Positions 13,725-25,744 of a stretch of DNA of 64,000 bases are shown piece by piece. This DNA comes from Eledone cirrhosa. Lineage: Eukaryota. The notes under the pieces are model-generated. The model did not search any database and was not told the DNA's origin. It saw only the letters and a list, made by a program, of their open reading frames with translations. Positions within the stretch are counted from its first letter, which is position 1. Every line of letters starts with the position of its first letter. The DNA lies in NCBI GenBank assembly GCA_964016885.1, contig OZ024743.1, positions 44,330,001 to 44,394,000 of the forward strand, given 5' to 3'. The translations under genes were made by a program, and so were the position numbers.

Positions 13725-16700
13725 TTACAGATATATACTCAGAGTCGGCCCATTCACTCGGGCCATTCTTGCTTCTCTCACCCATCTTTCAACAAAATGC
13801 TGGGAAGAGAGCACTTCCTTCTCTACTCTGATTTTCCTTTTCAAATGAAATTTGAAAAAGTCAATCAGAGCATCACCGAAGAGGTAAGTGCTCGTCTTCA
13901 GCCCTTTCAAACGTGTCCACCATACTATCTCTTTCGCCATGGCCACCAGACAGATAAAAACTGCCTGCCCTTCCCGGCTAAAGGAGGAGGGCGGGGCAAT
14001 CCTCACGATAGACTCAGATGATAGCTGGATCCGTCCTAAACGCGACAGCAGGTGTTCGACATAAACCCACAAGTCAGCAATTTTCGGACACTGGACGAGT
14101 GCGTGCAGGACGGTTTCGTCGCCCTGCGCGCATCTCGGACATGCCCGGCTGACGGCACCTCCATGCCTGTAGAGTTTATCCCGAACTGGCAAGGCTCCTC
14201 GGTAGCACTGCCAGGCCAGAGATTTCTGGAAGTTGTCCATAGGCCCTGGCCCGAAGGTTCTTCCGAAGAGATTGGCTAGTTGATTTTCGTCGACGCCTAG
14301 AGTTTCCCCAAGTACGTCGTCGCTCTTCCCCTCCACTAATCCTCTATAGAACGCCGAGGTGGAGTTTCCACCGATCACATTGCCCGATTGGTCGAGGGCT
14401 GTGAGCGCCTGAAGACATTCCAGTCTCCAGGCGCTCCCTCTCGGTCTTCGCTTGACCCAGGACTGCAGCTCCGTCAAGGAAACGAGCTGGGGAAAAACGC
14501 GTCTAGCAAACGGCGACCACACCTGATCACCGTCGAGGAAGAGGTGGAGATGTCGTAGCCTGAGCGCGTGCCTGCGCATCATCAGCCACGGCATGCCCAG
14601 CCCTCCACGTAGCGGGTGTTGACAACAGATGGACCGCCTGACCATCGGAGCACGTCCCTTCCACAAAAAGCGAAAGAGCAAACGCTCCAGCGCAGTCAGG
14701 CGAGGCTTAGGACAAGGTACGACGGTTAGGCGGTAGCAGATGACAGACGCGATGTACGCGTTAGCCACCTCCGCTCGACCTTTCAGGGATAGCTTCCTCT
14801 CCGCCCATTTCTGGGTGAGAGAAGCCACCCTGCTCGTCACCTCGTCCCAGTTTTTGTCCGTCTGGAGGTCCGGACCGAACCAGACCCCTAGCAATTTAAC
14901 CGGTCCGTCCGTCCAGCGCCCGACGACGCTGTTGGACGGCATGGACCTGCCTCTCCAGGTGCCGAGCTGCAGGCCCACTGACTTTTCCTGGTTGATCATT
15001 GCTCCTGTCACCGCTTCGTATTCTCTTAGTGTAGTGCCGATCGCCTCGATGTGTTTGGCGTTCGACACCACTACGGTGACATCGTCCGCATATGCTGACA
15101 CGGATCTTCCGCATCCTAGTTCGCGCGGGACTCCCCTCAACGTCTCCAGTTTGTGCAGTAATGGCTCGAGAGTCAATACGTACAAGAGGGACGAGAGGGG
15201 ACATCCTTGGCGGACCGAGCGCATGATGTTGAACGGTTCCGACAGGTGACCGTTCACTCTCACCACAGAGCAGATGTCGCTGTGCATGGCAGCGATCCAG
15301 CCTCTGAAGACGGGCCCAAAGCCAGCCGCCCTCAGGACTGCCGCTAGGTAACGATGGTCGACCCTATCGAAAGCTTTCGACTGATCTAAATTGATCAAGG
15401 ACCCACCCGTGCCAGGTTCCCTAGCTACCCTCTCTACGATGTATCGCATGAGGTGGAGGTTGTCGTGGATGGATCTGTCGGGAATGGCGCATGTCTGCGC
15501 CTCTCCCACCAGACCACCAACGACAAGCGCCAACCTCTTTGCTAGCACCTTGGCCAAAATCTTAAACTCTGTGTTTAGCAGAGTTATGGGCCGGAAATTG
15601 TCTATGTTATCCCCCTTGTTCGGATCCTTTCTCAGCAGTGCCACCGCTCCTCGGCTCACAGAACTGGGAATTCTCCCGTTCTGTTGCCAGTTGCAGTAGA
15701 CGTCCGCCAAGAGGCCTCCGAACAAGTCTGGCATCTGTACGTAAAGTTCATAGGGCAGACCATCCAAACCAGGCGATTTACCCCTTGTGCAGCCAGTCAT
15801 TGCCTCCCTTACTTCAGCGGCTGTTATCGGCTTTTCGCAACACTTCGCCTCAGTGGCCGAGAGCCGCGGCAGTCCGTCGAGGTAGACACTAAAGTCCATC
15901 CCTCTACCCGGCCCCCCGCTGCCCCCGAACAGCTGAGCGAAGTGTCGCTGAAAAGCTTCACACATTTGCCCGGGATCGAGTAGCATGCGCCCGTCGTGGT
16001 CCACCAAAGACCGGATCGTGGCTTTGTTGCCACGACGCGCCTCCGCCACTCGGGCCCATTGAACGGCTTTCGTCCCCTCGTGTCTGAGAGCACGCACCCT
16101 AGCTCTGACAACGCAGCCTTCGTGCTTTGCATTGAAGAATTGGTCAAGGGCCAATTTCGCCGCAAGCACGTCGGTCGCAATGCCTTTGCTAAGCGCCTCG
16201 TCTAATTTTCTAACTAGTTCTCCCTCTGCTCTATTTTTCTCTATTGCTAAAGCCTTACTAAACCTAATCGATTCTATTCTAATCGCTCTTTTCAGAGCAA
16301 ACCACCACTTGTTGTTGACGATGGCCCCCGTCAACGCCCGCTTAACTAGTTCGCTAATCCGGTCTCTGTAGGCCTTGCGCGCTGGTAAGGACGCGTTTAG
16401 CTTCCAGTAGCCGGGTCCTCGTCTATGAAGCCTATCTAAGTCAAGCACACAGATCACGAATTTGTGGTCCGTGTAGCTGACTATCTTGAATTGTGGACAG
16501 CCTATGCTAGACCTATCTATTTCCCTACAAAATACTCTATCTAGATATGATCTGGATGACCCTATGCGGTTTGTCCAAGTCCACATTGGCACATTCGGGA
16601 AATCCAATCGGTACCTGTCAGACAGTTCAAAACGCCTGAGCAGGTTGGTGAGGCTCTTGCACCCTCCACCCCTATCCGCTAATCCCACACAGTCCCAGCG

Positions 16701-17144
16701 TGCATCTAAGATCCCGTTCCAGTCGCCCACTAACACTAAAGAGCGGGACGTTCCAAGAAAGGTCTCCAGACGCCGGAAGAAATCAGGCCGCCCTGCTCCT
16801 GTCGGGGCATAGACGACCACTAGCCTGAAAGCTTGCCCGTTTCCGCTGGTCACGTCCAGCACCACCAGCTTACCCTCTGGGTCCAGGAAGATGGCCCGTA
16901 TGGCGAGATCCAAACCTCTCCGAAAAAGCACAGCAACTCCTCCACCGGATCCAGGACGGCTGGGAGATGCGTACACATCGTAGCCGCCGAAGATCGGTGC
17001 GAAGGCCCGTGCTTCGGAGATTCTGGTCTCGCTGATGGCCACTACATCTATGTTTAGTGACCTGAGGTCGTTGAGCAGGTGACCCTGCTTCCATGACGAC
17101 CCCAAGCCACGCGCATTTATGCTGCCTATTCTGAGTGAGGTCAT
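13725..17144 (-). CDS. Tx1/L1 ORF2: AP endonuclease, reverse transcriptase, C-terminal CCHC (1139 aa)
   Basis: SINARGL, ISET, VYAP, GDWN, YLDRVF, TDH; GYWKLN; KSPGLDG, NFRPITLLN, LDQSKAFDRV, RQGCPLS, AYADD; CPRC..ETVLHALVQC. Confidence 0.95.
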   Translation of the reverse strand: MTSLRIGSINARGLGSSWKQGHLLNDLRSLNIDVVAISETRISEARAFAPIFGGYDVYASPSRPGSGGGVAVLFRRGLDLAIRAIFLDPEGKLVVLDVTSGNGQAFRLVVVYAPTGAGRPDFFRRLETFLGTSRSLVLVGDWNGILDARWDCVGLADRGGGCKSLTNLLRRFELSDRYRLDFPNVPMWTWTNRIGSSRSYLDRVFCREIDRSSIGCPQFKIVSYTDHKFVICVLDLDRLHRRGPGYWKLNASLPARKAYRDRISELVKRALTGAIVNNKWWFALKRAIRIESIRFSKALAIEKNRAEGELVRKLDEALSKGIATDVLAAKLALDQFFNAKHEGCVVRARVRALRHEGTKAVQWARVAEARRGNKATIRSLVDHDGRMLLDPGQMCEAFQRHFAQLFGGSGGPGRGMDFSVYLDGLPRLSATEAKCCEKPITAAEVREAMTGCTRGKSPGLDGLPYELYVQMPDLFGGLLADVYCNWQQNGRIPSSVSRGAVALLRKDPNKGDNIDNFRPITLLNTEFKILAKVLAKRLALVVGGLVGEAQTCAIPDRSIHDNLHLMRYIVERVAREPGTGGSLINLDQSKAFDRVDHRYLAAVLRAAGFGPVFRGWIAAMHSDICSVVRVNGHLSEPFNIMRSVRQGCPLSSLLYVLTLEPLLHKLETLRGVPRELGCGRSVSAYADDVTVVVSNAKHIEAIGTTLREYEAVTGAMINQEKSVGLQLGTWRGRSMPSNSVVGRWTDGPVKLLGVWFGPDLQTDKNWDEVTSRVASLTQKWAERKLSLKGRAEVANAYIASVICYRLTVVPCPKPRLTALERLLFRFLWKGRAPMVRRSICCQHPLRGGLGMPWLMMRRHALRLRHLHLFLDGDQVWSPFARRVFPQLVSLTELQSWVKRRPRGSAWRLECLQALTALDQSGNVIGGNSTSAFYRGLVEGKSDDVLGETLGVDENQLANLFGRTFGPGPMDNFQKSLAWQCYRGALPVRDKLYRHGGAVSRACPRCAQGDETVLHALVQCPKIADLWVYVEHLLSRLGRIQLSSESIVRIAPPSSFSREGQAVFICLVAMAKEIVWWTRLKGLKTSTYLFGDALIDFFKFHLKRKIRVEKEVLSSQHFVERWVREARMARVNGPTLSIYL

Positions 17145-17179
17145 GTTTAAAATAGAGTGGAAAAGATGGGAAAGACCAC

Positions 17180-19258
17180 TTACCGTACTTTTGGTAGAGG
17201 AGGGATGGTTTTTACATCCCTTTTCACTTGATCGTCTGGTGAAGGGACCGTTGAATCGTCCCTTCGGCTGGTCGTCGGCTCTTCTAAGAGAATGTCTGAG
17301 TATACTCTTCGATTGATGGTTCCTCCTAGGTCCCTGAAATCACCAACTGCGTTGGGGAATTTCGTTTTAATGTTTGTGTATTGTTTCTGTGCTATTTTTA
17401 GCAGTCTTATGTTAGTTGGCGTTTTGATTGGTGCTGGTATTATGTAGTCCTGTTGTGAAATGTCTGTGTGTTCAATTATGTAAGTCATTAGTTTCTTGTT
17501 GTGTGTATTTATTGCCGTGCATTTGTTTTTCTGGGGGTGGGGTGTGGTTCTACTATTTTCTTGTCGTTGTTGCTGGGTGTGTGTGTTTTGTTGTTGTGTT
17601 TGCGATGTTGGTGCTTGTGGTGGTGGTGTTAAAGGTGTTGTTGGCGGTGGTGATGGTGGTGCTAGTGTGGGTGGTGATGGTGTTGGTGTTGTTGCTGCTA
17701 TGGGTCTCTTTGCAGTAGACTTTACCCTTTTCTCATTTCTTTCTTCCCTTTTCAAAGGCGACGATGCGCTGCTTCTGCGTTTGTGCCTTCTTACGACCTT
17801 TTGCCATCCCTCTCCCACCTCACACTCCATGTCTGATTCTGTGAGGTCGGGGAGGGGTACCAGCTCCACTCTTTCACTTGTTGTTGGTGATGTTTGCACT
17901 GGAGTCTCTGTTGCAGCTGCATTTGGTATTGCTGTTGTTGTTGTTAATATTTCCACTGCTGCTGCTGTTTTTGATTTCCGTGGAGTGGGTATGGGTGCCA
18001 CGGACCTATCGTTCCTGGTTGCCGCTTGTCCTGTTGCTGGTAGCCGTGGAGCCGGATTCGGAAGGAGGGGGGTTTTCTCCTTTCTCAGGGTCTTCTCGTT
18101 GCAGAAGGCCCTGAGGTGAGTCTTCGATCCACAGCGAAAGCATTTCGGGCGTTTGCCCTCAACACTTATGGGCAGTTGAGTGCCGTTATCGAAGTCTATC
18201 ACATCCGGGATAGCTTCGATGCACTCCTGGTTGGTTTGGATTAGCATCTCAATGGAGGAGCCGACCCAATCTTCTCTTACTTTTTTCTGTACTTGCAGTA
18301 CAGTTGTTTTGTCCTCGATTCCGACGAGGACAGACGCGGCCAGCCAAGAAGGGGTCATTCCGGGGGGGACGTGGGTCAGTTTGACCCTCACAATTTTTTG
18401 CCCGCAGTAGGAGGGCACCAACACCATTTCCTCGCTCCTTAGGGTCACTACTGATTGGGCCTTTGCCTCCTGGGGTGTGGCAAAAAGTACGTCTACGGTG
18501 GCGTATTTTTTGCCTCGGGTGATGTGCGTTTTCCTCTGCCACACAGACCCCAAGGCTTTTTGTATTTGGGCCTCTGTGGCTCTCTCCACCCTACGGGATT
18601 TTGTACTTACTGTACGGTACGTGACCGTACAGTGCTCTTGGGTTTCGAAAAAATTTTTCGCTGCCTTGCAGATTGCTCGGTGTCCGTTCTTTGTCATCAT
18701 CTTCTTCGCTTCCTCTAATTCCTCATTTGTTATGAGGATTGTTTCCAAGTTTTTCGCAATACCTGCAAATGAGATTGGTTTTTCTCTGCTGTTGTTGTTG
18801 TCGTCAGAGCTGCTGGTACTTTTGTTGTTGCTGCAGGTACTACGACTACTGCCTCCGCCGCTGTTGCTGTGGTTGTTGTTGGTGTTGCTGCTGCTAATGC
18901 TGTTGTTGTTTATGTTGCTGGTGATGCTGTTGCGGCTGCTACTGTTGTTTTCATTGTCACTGTTGCTGTTGTTATTACGGCTGCTACTGCTATTATTCCT
19001 GACGTCAGACGAATGAACTGGGTTTTCGTATTTCCCGCACACCTGTTTCGTCTCTGTCGTCGTCGTCGTGGAGAAACCTTGCACGCTTTGCACGAGACTT
19101 TTCTTTTCTTTCGTCGCTTGCGAAAGAGAAGGGAGGGAGAGAGACACATTTAAAGAAGGGAGGGAGAGAGACAATCTTCTCTCTGCTGTAGTGATGATTG
19201 AGGAAGAAGAAGACGGAATGAGTGGGAATGACGTATGAAATTTCTTTTTCGTAGCCAT
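17180..19258 (-). CDS. Tx1 ORF1 gag-like nucleic-acid-binding protein (692 aa)
   Basis: ISFAGIAK motif, CCHC knuckle CFRCGSKTHLRAFC, WQKVVRR, low-complexity N/S and P/T linkers; lies directly upstream of ORF2. Confidence 0.88.
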   Translation of the reverse strand: MATKKKFHTSFPLIPSSSSSIITTAERRLSLSLPSLNVSLSLPSLSQATKEKKSLVQSVQGFSTTTTTETKQVCGKYENPVHSSDVRNNSSSSRNNNSNSDNENNSSSRNSITSNINNNSISSSNTNNNHSNSGGGSSRSTCSNNKSTSSSDDNNNSREKPISFAGIAKNLETILITNEELEEAKKMMTKNGHRAICKAAKNFFETQEHCTVTYRTVSTKSRRVERATEAQIQKALGSVWQRKTHITRGKKYATVDVLFATPQEAKAQSVVTLRSEEMVLVPSYCGQKIVRVKLTHVPPGMTPSWLAASVLVGIEDKTTVLQVQKKVREDWVGSSIEMLIQTNQECIEAIPDVIDFDNGTQLPISVEGKRPKCFRCGSKTHLRAFCNEKTLRKEKTPLLPNPAPRLPATGQAATRNDRSVAPIPTPRKSKTAAAVEILTTTTAIPNAAATETPVQTSPTTSERVELVPLPDLTESDMECEVGEGWQKVVRRHKRRSSASSPLKREERNEKRVKSTAKRPIAATTPTPSPPTLAPPSPPPTTPLTPPPQAPTSQTQQQNTHTQQQRQENSRTTPHPQKNKCTAINTHNKKLMTYIIEHTDISQQDYIIPAPIKTPTNIRLLKIAQKQYTNIKTKFPNAVGDFRDLGGTINRRVYSDILLEEPTTSRRDDSTVPSPDDQVKRDVKTIPPLPKVR

Positions 19259-19501
19259 GTTGTTTTTTGTTTAAAATGAAATTTTGGGTACAAAACCCCA
19301 ATAACTGGTTATTTAACCCCGAAGGGCCAAATAACGGACAGAAAGACCCCTCTCACGAAGAGGAGGGTGTCTTTATCAACAATTTGGTTCAAGTTTTAAA
19401 CAATTTACAATTGTTTTAACGGTTAAAAATTACTATACCTTACAGAGCCGAGCCTCCGTCAACCATGGCATTCAATAATAATAATAATAATAATAATAAT
19501 A

Positions 19502-20360
19502 AGGGAAGAAGACGCACGAGGTGGTAGAACGTCACGAAATTGCTCCCGTAAGTTTTTTGATTTTTAACATATTTAAATCAATTGTGAAAGAACAATTCTT
19601 AGCACAAATGTTGCATAAAGGCACCGAATGAGGTCCCATAAAGTTTCGGATCCATATTATATTGTTGTATCGCTCAAATATTCAATTTTGTATTCTATAT
19701 TTTGTATTCAAAAAAAGAAAATGGTTATAAATGGAACAAAACACCCTCTGTCTACACGATATAGAACAGCGGCAATTTCAATTTCACCAACACCAGAAAC
19801 TTGATACACTACCTATCCCATCACACTAAATATAACGGCAACTTCACCGGCATCATAATAATAATTACTATTATTATTGTCTCAAATTTTAAAAAATGTT
19901 TAATTCAAATTTTACGGGAATATGTCAACACAAAATATAATGAAAATATATATTAAACATACGAACACAAACTCATAGATACTATATCAGTAACCACAAC
20001 ACCACCGCTTCCACCACCCCACCACATCCATCATCGCCGCCACCACTCATTCAATGCTACTGACACTATTACCCTGTTAACTTGAGAGAGAAAAGGGAAG
20101 GTGGTGGTAGCACTAGACAAGAGAGAGGCTAGCAAAAGATATAAATAGATTGACTTGGTGACCTTGCCACGGACAAACGTCTACATCAACAATTATGGGA
20201 CTGCTGGCTCACCCCTTCCTCACCAACAATATAAAAAGCCCCGGCACCACCACCGACATAGCCAGCAGCAATAACAGCCAACTACAACAAAAAGTATATT
20301 ATATTATTGTAATGCACTGGGTGATTGCTGGCCTTGTCCCTGGAGTGGAGACAATTATTA
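19502..20360 (+). repeat. Unclassified ~860 bp non-coding repeat ending in a SINE-like tail
   Basis: Other copies at 27370-28105 (+), 44957-45815 (-) and 50436-51518 (-). Ends aatgcactgggtgattgctggccttgtccctggagtggagacaattatta. Confidence 0.85.
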
Positions 20361-20364
20361 ATAA

Positions 20365-23300
20365 TTTCATTCTTAAGCCACGCAATGCTCACATTAAGGA
20401 ACCACTCATGATAATAACAATTTAAAAAAAACAACAAAAAGAAAACCCCGTGACCAAGAAATACCGGGATGGCGGCCGGCGGGGAATAGCCATGTCTCTA
20501 GGGGAGAACGACCCCTCTAGTCTTGGTTGACACTCGTTCTAGAAGTGGTAACACGAAAAGATTACCCCTTGGCGGATAAGGATAAAACGCGACAAAATAA
20601 ATTGGATGTCTAATGATGAAATCTCATACCGGATCGGCCGTCACCCGGGTAAAAAAGGGCCGCGTCCCTCAGAGAGGAACCAGACTGGGGTCGAAAAATC
20701 AGCTAATGGTTCAAACCTTCCCATCACTTCGGAGCTGGAGACCTCCCATAACTGGAATACTCCTACTGTTGGCCCTCCATGCTCACCACCAAGAAATCCA
20801 AAGAAAAAGAGAGAAAAATGGTCAAGGGAAGATAATAAAGAAGTCCTTGAGGCTTTCTACACTGCCATGTACTACCCGTCAAATACATCGAATACAGAGC
20901 AAACATATATCAACTGGAAAAAGAAACATCCCGAAAACAGAGGCTATATTGACAGTAACAAACTAGCCAATATACGAAGAAATATTGTAAGAAAAAAGTT
21001 ACTAACTGATATAGAAATTGATCAGATCAAGCTAGTAGCACAAAGTCAGCGAAGGGAAAATGAAGCATGTGTCAGTGAAAACGAGGTAAACTGTAACACT
21101 TCGAATCCCAGAGTTGGGGCGGAATCACTGTCAAAGAACAAATTAAAGAAAGGAGCGAAAAAGTGGAGGGAGTGCATGCTCAGGATGAAACTCCAAATGA
21201 AAATAATGAGATCGTAAATGATAAAGAAATGAATGAGAATGAACTTGCCAACTTGAAGGATGAAATTATGATCGAATGGGTGAAAATGAAAGAATCTGAC
21301 ATGGGGCAACGAGACACCCTCCCTAAGATCCAGAACTCCAAACAGAACCAAAAGATAATACACAAGACTAACATAATTCTCAAAAACATTATCATCACAA
21401 ACAAAATAAACATTACTGACTTAAATCATCTCTATTATGCATCGGCTAAAGTCACCACTCACTTATGTGGAGTGAAGATGAAAAAACAAAGGAATTCCCA
21501 CAAGAAATCTACTTGGCAAGATAACATCAATCGCCAAATAAACCTTCTCCGATCTGACATAGAAATTTTAACAAACTATAAAGTAGGTGAACATGTTAAA
21601 CAACTAAACTTAGAAAATTGAAAAAAAAGTACAGTATAAGATCAACATGTGACATAGACATGCTGATAGAAACAATCAAGCAAAAAGTGTCGGCCAAAGC
21701 TGCTCGTCTAAGGCGCTTTGAAAAACGATCTAGATTCTATAAGGACAATAATATGTTCAAAAACAACCAAAGAAACTTCTACAGAAAAATTGGTAAGTCA
21801 ACAATAACTGCTAAATCAATACCACCCAAGGAGGAAGTGCAAGAATTCTGGGAAAAGATCTGGGCCGAAGAAAAAGTTCATAACATACATGCCCCATGGA
21901 TAGACAGACAAATGAAAGAAACAGCTCACCTTGAAGAACAAACATGGGAAAATATAACAGTTGAGCAGCTGCGCTTGGCTCTAAGAAAAACCAGCAAATG
22001 GAAATCCCCAGGAAAAGACAAAATACAAAACTTTTGGATAAATGCCTTCACAGAGTCTCATGAGCTGTTAGCCCAACTTTACAATGAAATAGTTAAGGAG
22101 CCAGAAAAGATACCATCATAGCTAGTTAACGGCATTACATTCCTGCTACCGAAGAATGATGAGACAAGCAATCCCAAAAATTACAGACCGATAACCTGCT
22201 TGACCACAATGTATAAAATGTTAACATCAGTCCTAACTGAATACACATATGACCACCTGATAACAAATGACCTATTTCCCATTGAGCAGAAAGGGTGTAA
22301 ACGAGGCTCATATGGCTGTAAGGATCAGCTTCTGGTTAACAAAATGATACTGGAAGATTGTCATAATAGACACAAAAATCTATCGATTGCTTGGATAGAT
22401 TATAAAAAAGCATTTGATAGTTTGCCACACAGTTGGATTGAAAAATGTTTAGAGATTTTCAAAATATCCCCCGTTGTCAGGAGGTTTTTGTCATTCAGTA
22501 TGAGGACATGGAGAACGACACTCCTTTTGAATAGTGAAACAAAATCACTGGAAGCTGGAGAAGTTAACATCAATTGTGGAATTTTTCAGGGTGACTCTTT
22601 ATCACCGCTTTTATTCTGCATCGCACTTATACCATTAAGTAAAATGCTCAATGAAACAAAACATGGATATAGAGTCTATGACAAAACCATTAATCACCTG
22701 TTCTACATGGATGACCTGAAACTATTCGCAAAAAATGATGAACAATTGCAAGGGCTATTATCCACTCTGAAGCAGTTCAGTGATGACATTAAAATGGAGT
22801 TTGGACTGGATAAATGCGCCAAAGCAACGTTCACCAGAGGAAAGCTGCTGAAGAGTTCAGACATTAATCTTGATCGGGGGAACGTGATAAGAGAGCTTGA
22901 TCAAGAACAAACTTACAAATATCTAGGTGTTTGTGAAGGAGACGGAATCAAGCACTCGACAATGAGGGAAAGGATAAGGAAGGAATGTTACCGCAGAGTC
23001 AGAGCAATCTTAAGAACGGAATTGAATGCAAGGAATAGGATCGATGCCATAAACACGCTTGCCATACCAGTAGTAACCTATAGTTACAATGTCATCAACT
23101 GGTCAAGCACAGAGATCCGTAGGCTCGATACAAAAATCCGAAAATTCTTAACCATGCACAGAATGCATCACCCTAAGGCAGATACAGATAGAATATATCT
23201 CCCTAGGAAAGAAGGAGGACGTGGGTTAATCCAGTTAGACATTGCGTTGAAAACTGCAACAATTGGATTATCCACATATCTAAGGGAATCACATGATTGG

Positions 23301-24387
23301 ATGATCAAACTCGTTTTGAAACACGAAAGCACCAAAAGATCATATTCCATTACAAAAGATGCACAAAGATACAGTAATGGACTACAAATTTCAGAAGTCC
23401 CATTTACTGCTGAAATGGAAAACACAGAAAAAGCAAAGCAGGTAAAAGTAACTGCAAAGAAAGAACTGCTACAGAAACTGGCTAAGAAATGGCAAGAAAA
23501 GCCTCTGTATGGAAAATACCCAGAACGAGCTAACAATCCTGATGTTGACAAATCTTTAACCCATCAGTGGTTGGCATCCTCTGGACTGAAATCGGAGACT
23601 GAAGGACCGATTATATCAGCACAAGATCAGTGTCTGCCAACAAATAATTACCAAGCCAACATAATAAAAAATGGATGCAGCCCATTATGCCGTGTATGCA
23701 AAAAACAACCAGAGACTATTGACCATATAATTTCAATGTGCAGTCCTATAGCTCCAACCGAATACCTAAACAGGCATGATAGAGCTGCACAATACATTCA
23801 TTGGATAATGTGAAAGCATTTTGACCTGCCCCATCAAAAGAATTGGTGGGAGCATCAACCACCACACATACTTGAAAAAGATCACATCTCAATCTTGTGG
23901 AACTTTAGCATCCAAACAGACCGAAAAATATATGCAAATAGACCTGACATAATACTGAAGGACTTTAAAAAGAGGGTATGCCTGCTAATTGATATGTCCG
24001 TTCCAATAGACAAGAATGTATCAATAAAAACATTGAGCAAGTATAAGGACCTGGAGATAGAAATTGGAAAAATGTGGAAATTGAGAACTAAAACAATACC
24101 AGTGGTTGTAGGCGCTCTGGGAATGATACCTAAGGGGTCTAATGATTACTTATCGCAAATCCCAGGAAACCCGCGTATAGGAGAAATACAAAAGATAGTA
24201 CTAATAGGAACTGCCCATATACTAAGGGAGATTCTGTCAATATAAGTACATCACAAGTCTAAACACTAAAGATGTATGTGTGAGTATGTATGTTTTTCTT
24301 GAACATGGCGGACCGTGTTGTCTCTGGAGGTCACTGGTTGTGACTTGGTGATAACTAGTATTAGCATAAAGCAAGATAAATGCAACT

Positions 24388-24388
<1 letters not shown>
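20365..24388 (+). mobile_element. Near-intact full-length Dong/R4-like element (family C, copy 1), TAA-associated
   Basis: ORF pieces 20606-24245: REKWSREDN N-terminal motif, [51 protein letters not shown]. Only a few frameshifts/stops. Ends in (TAA)n at 24389-24464. Confidence 0.95.
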
Positions 24389-24464
<76 letters not shown>

Positions 24465-24469
<5 letters not shown>

Positions 24470-25508
24470 GAAGAGCAGTGATGTCGATAGACTCTACTTA
24501 ACGAAATCTGAAGGTGGAAGAGGTTTTATTAGCATAGAGGACTGTGTTCAGATGGAGAAAAACAACCTACACAAATAAGTAAGGAGCCAATGCTCAGAAT
24601 TGAACTGAAGGAGATGACAATAGACCAGGGGATGTCCAAGGAGGAAATAACAACGAGGAGAAAGAGCAGCTATCATGAAAAATCCCTTCATAGTACCTTC
24701 TTTGAGAAAACTGATTTCAGAGATCCACAGACATGGAACTGGTTGAAAAAGGAGAACTTAAAAAGGCTACAGAATGAATGCTAATGGCTGCGCAGGAGCA
24801 GGCCCTCAAAACGAAGTGGTTGAAACACCATATTTACAAGGAGGAGGCTAGCCCACTGTGCAGGATCTGTGGAGAGAGAGAGGAGACTGTGGCTCACATT
24901 GTATCCGACTGTAAACACCTAGCCCAGACTCACTATAAGGGCTGGGGACATGATGTGCTGGGCAGGGTGATCCATTGGCACCTATGCAAAGTAAACAATT
25001 TACCACATTCTGAGAAGTGGTATGAGCATAAGCCAGAGTTGGTGATAGAAAACGATCAGGTGAAGGTGCTGTGTGATTTTAGGATACAGACCGACAAGAA
25101 ACTGGAACACAATAGACCTGACCTGGTGGTTGTGGACAAGGAAAACAGATCGTGCCTGATTGTGGATATGGCCTGCCCATTCGACACGAGAGTGCAAGAG
25201 AAAGAGTGGGTGAAAATTAACCGATACCAGGACTTAAAGTGGGAGTTAAGAAAGGATTTGGAACTGCCATGAAGTCAAAGTGGTCCCGAATGTCATAGGC
25301 GCACTAGCTACTATCTCAAAAGGTTTCCAGGGATGGTTAAAGAAAATTGGCCCCACCACGCTTTTGGAACGCTTCAAAAGGCATGCTTGCTGGCAACAGC
25401 AAGAACCCTCCGATACGTGCTGAATATCTGAGACTCCCGGTAGTTGTTTGATATTCATTTCAACAAACTTTCCAGTTAACTAACATCAATGACTGAGACT
25501 CAAAGAAC
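24465..25508 (+). mobile_element. 5'-truncated Dong/R4-like element (family D, copy 1)
   Basis: DVDRLYL..GGRG, MAAQEQAL, CRIC..HIVSDC, HNRPDL; short 3' UTR then (TAA)n. Confidence 0.9.
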
Positions 25509-25544
<36 letters not shown>

Positions 25545-25547
<3 letters not shown>

Positions 25548-25730
25548 TGTGTCTACTTGAGGCACAAGGCCAGCAATTACCCAGCATTACTGGTACTTTA
25601 TTTTAATCGACCCCGTAATGATGAAAGGGAAAGTGAACCTCGCCGGGATTTGAACTCAGATCGTAAAGGGACGTAACTATGCTGGAAAGCATGGCGTCCG
25701 ACCCTCCACCTATACTGCCAATCCACCGCC
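25545..25730 (-). mobile_element. tRNA-derived SINE
   Basis: Same A/B boxes, central domain and tail as 12747-12935; flanked by TAA repeats. Confidence 0.9.
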
Positions 25731-25744
25731 ATAATAATAATAAT

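Larger units (their letters stand above)
13460..19472 (-). mobile_element. Full-length, apparently intact Tx1/L1-clade non-LTR retrotransposon inserted in (TAA)n
   Basis: Two uninterrupted ORFs 35 bp apart, about 210 bp 5' UTR, 3' UTR with AATAAA then (ATT)n tail. TAA repeats on both flanks. Confidence 0.93.

Noticed and set aside
14052-19153. Many plus-strand and alternate-frame ORFs within the Tx1 element
   Set aside because: Antisense shadows of a GC-rich coding sequence; no motifs.
20195-20425. 76 aa ORF conserved in three copies
   Set aside because: Conservation reflects DNA duplication; it spans the repeat tail and Dong 5' UTR junction and has no protein features.
23168-23551. ~127 aa antisense ORF recurring in four Dong copies
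   Set aside because: Shadow frame starting at a TTG codon; no independent evidence.
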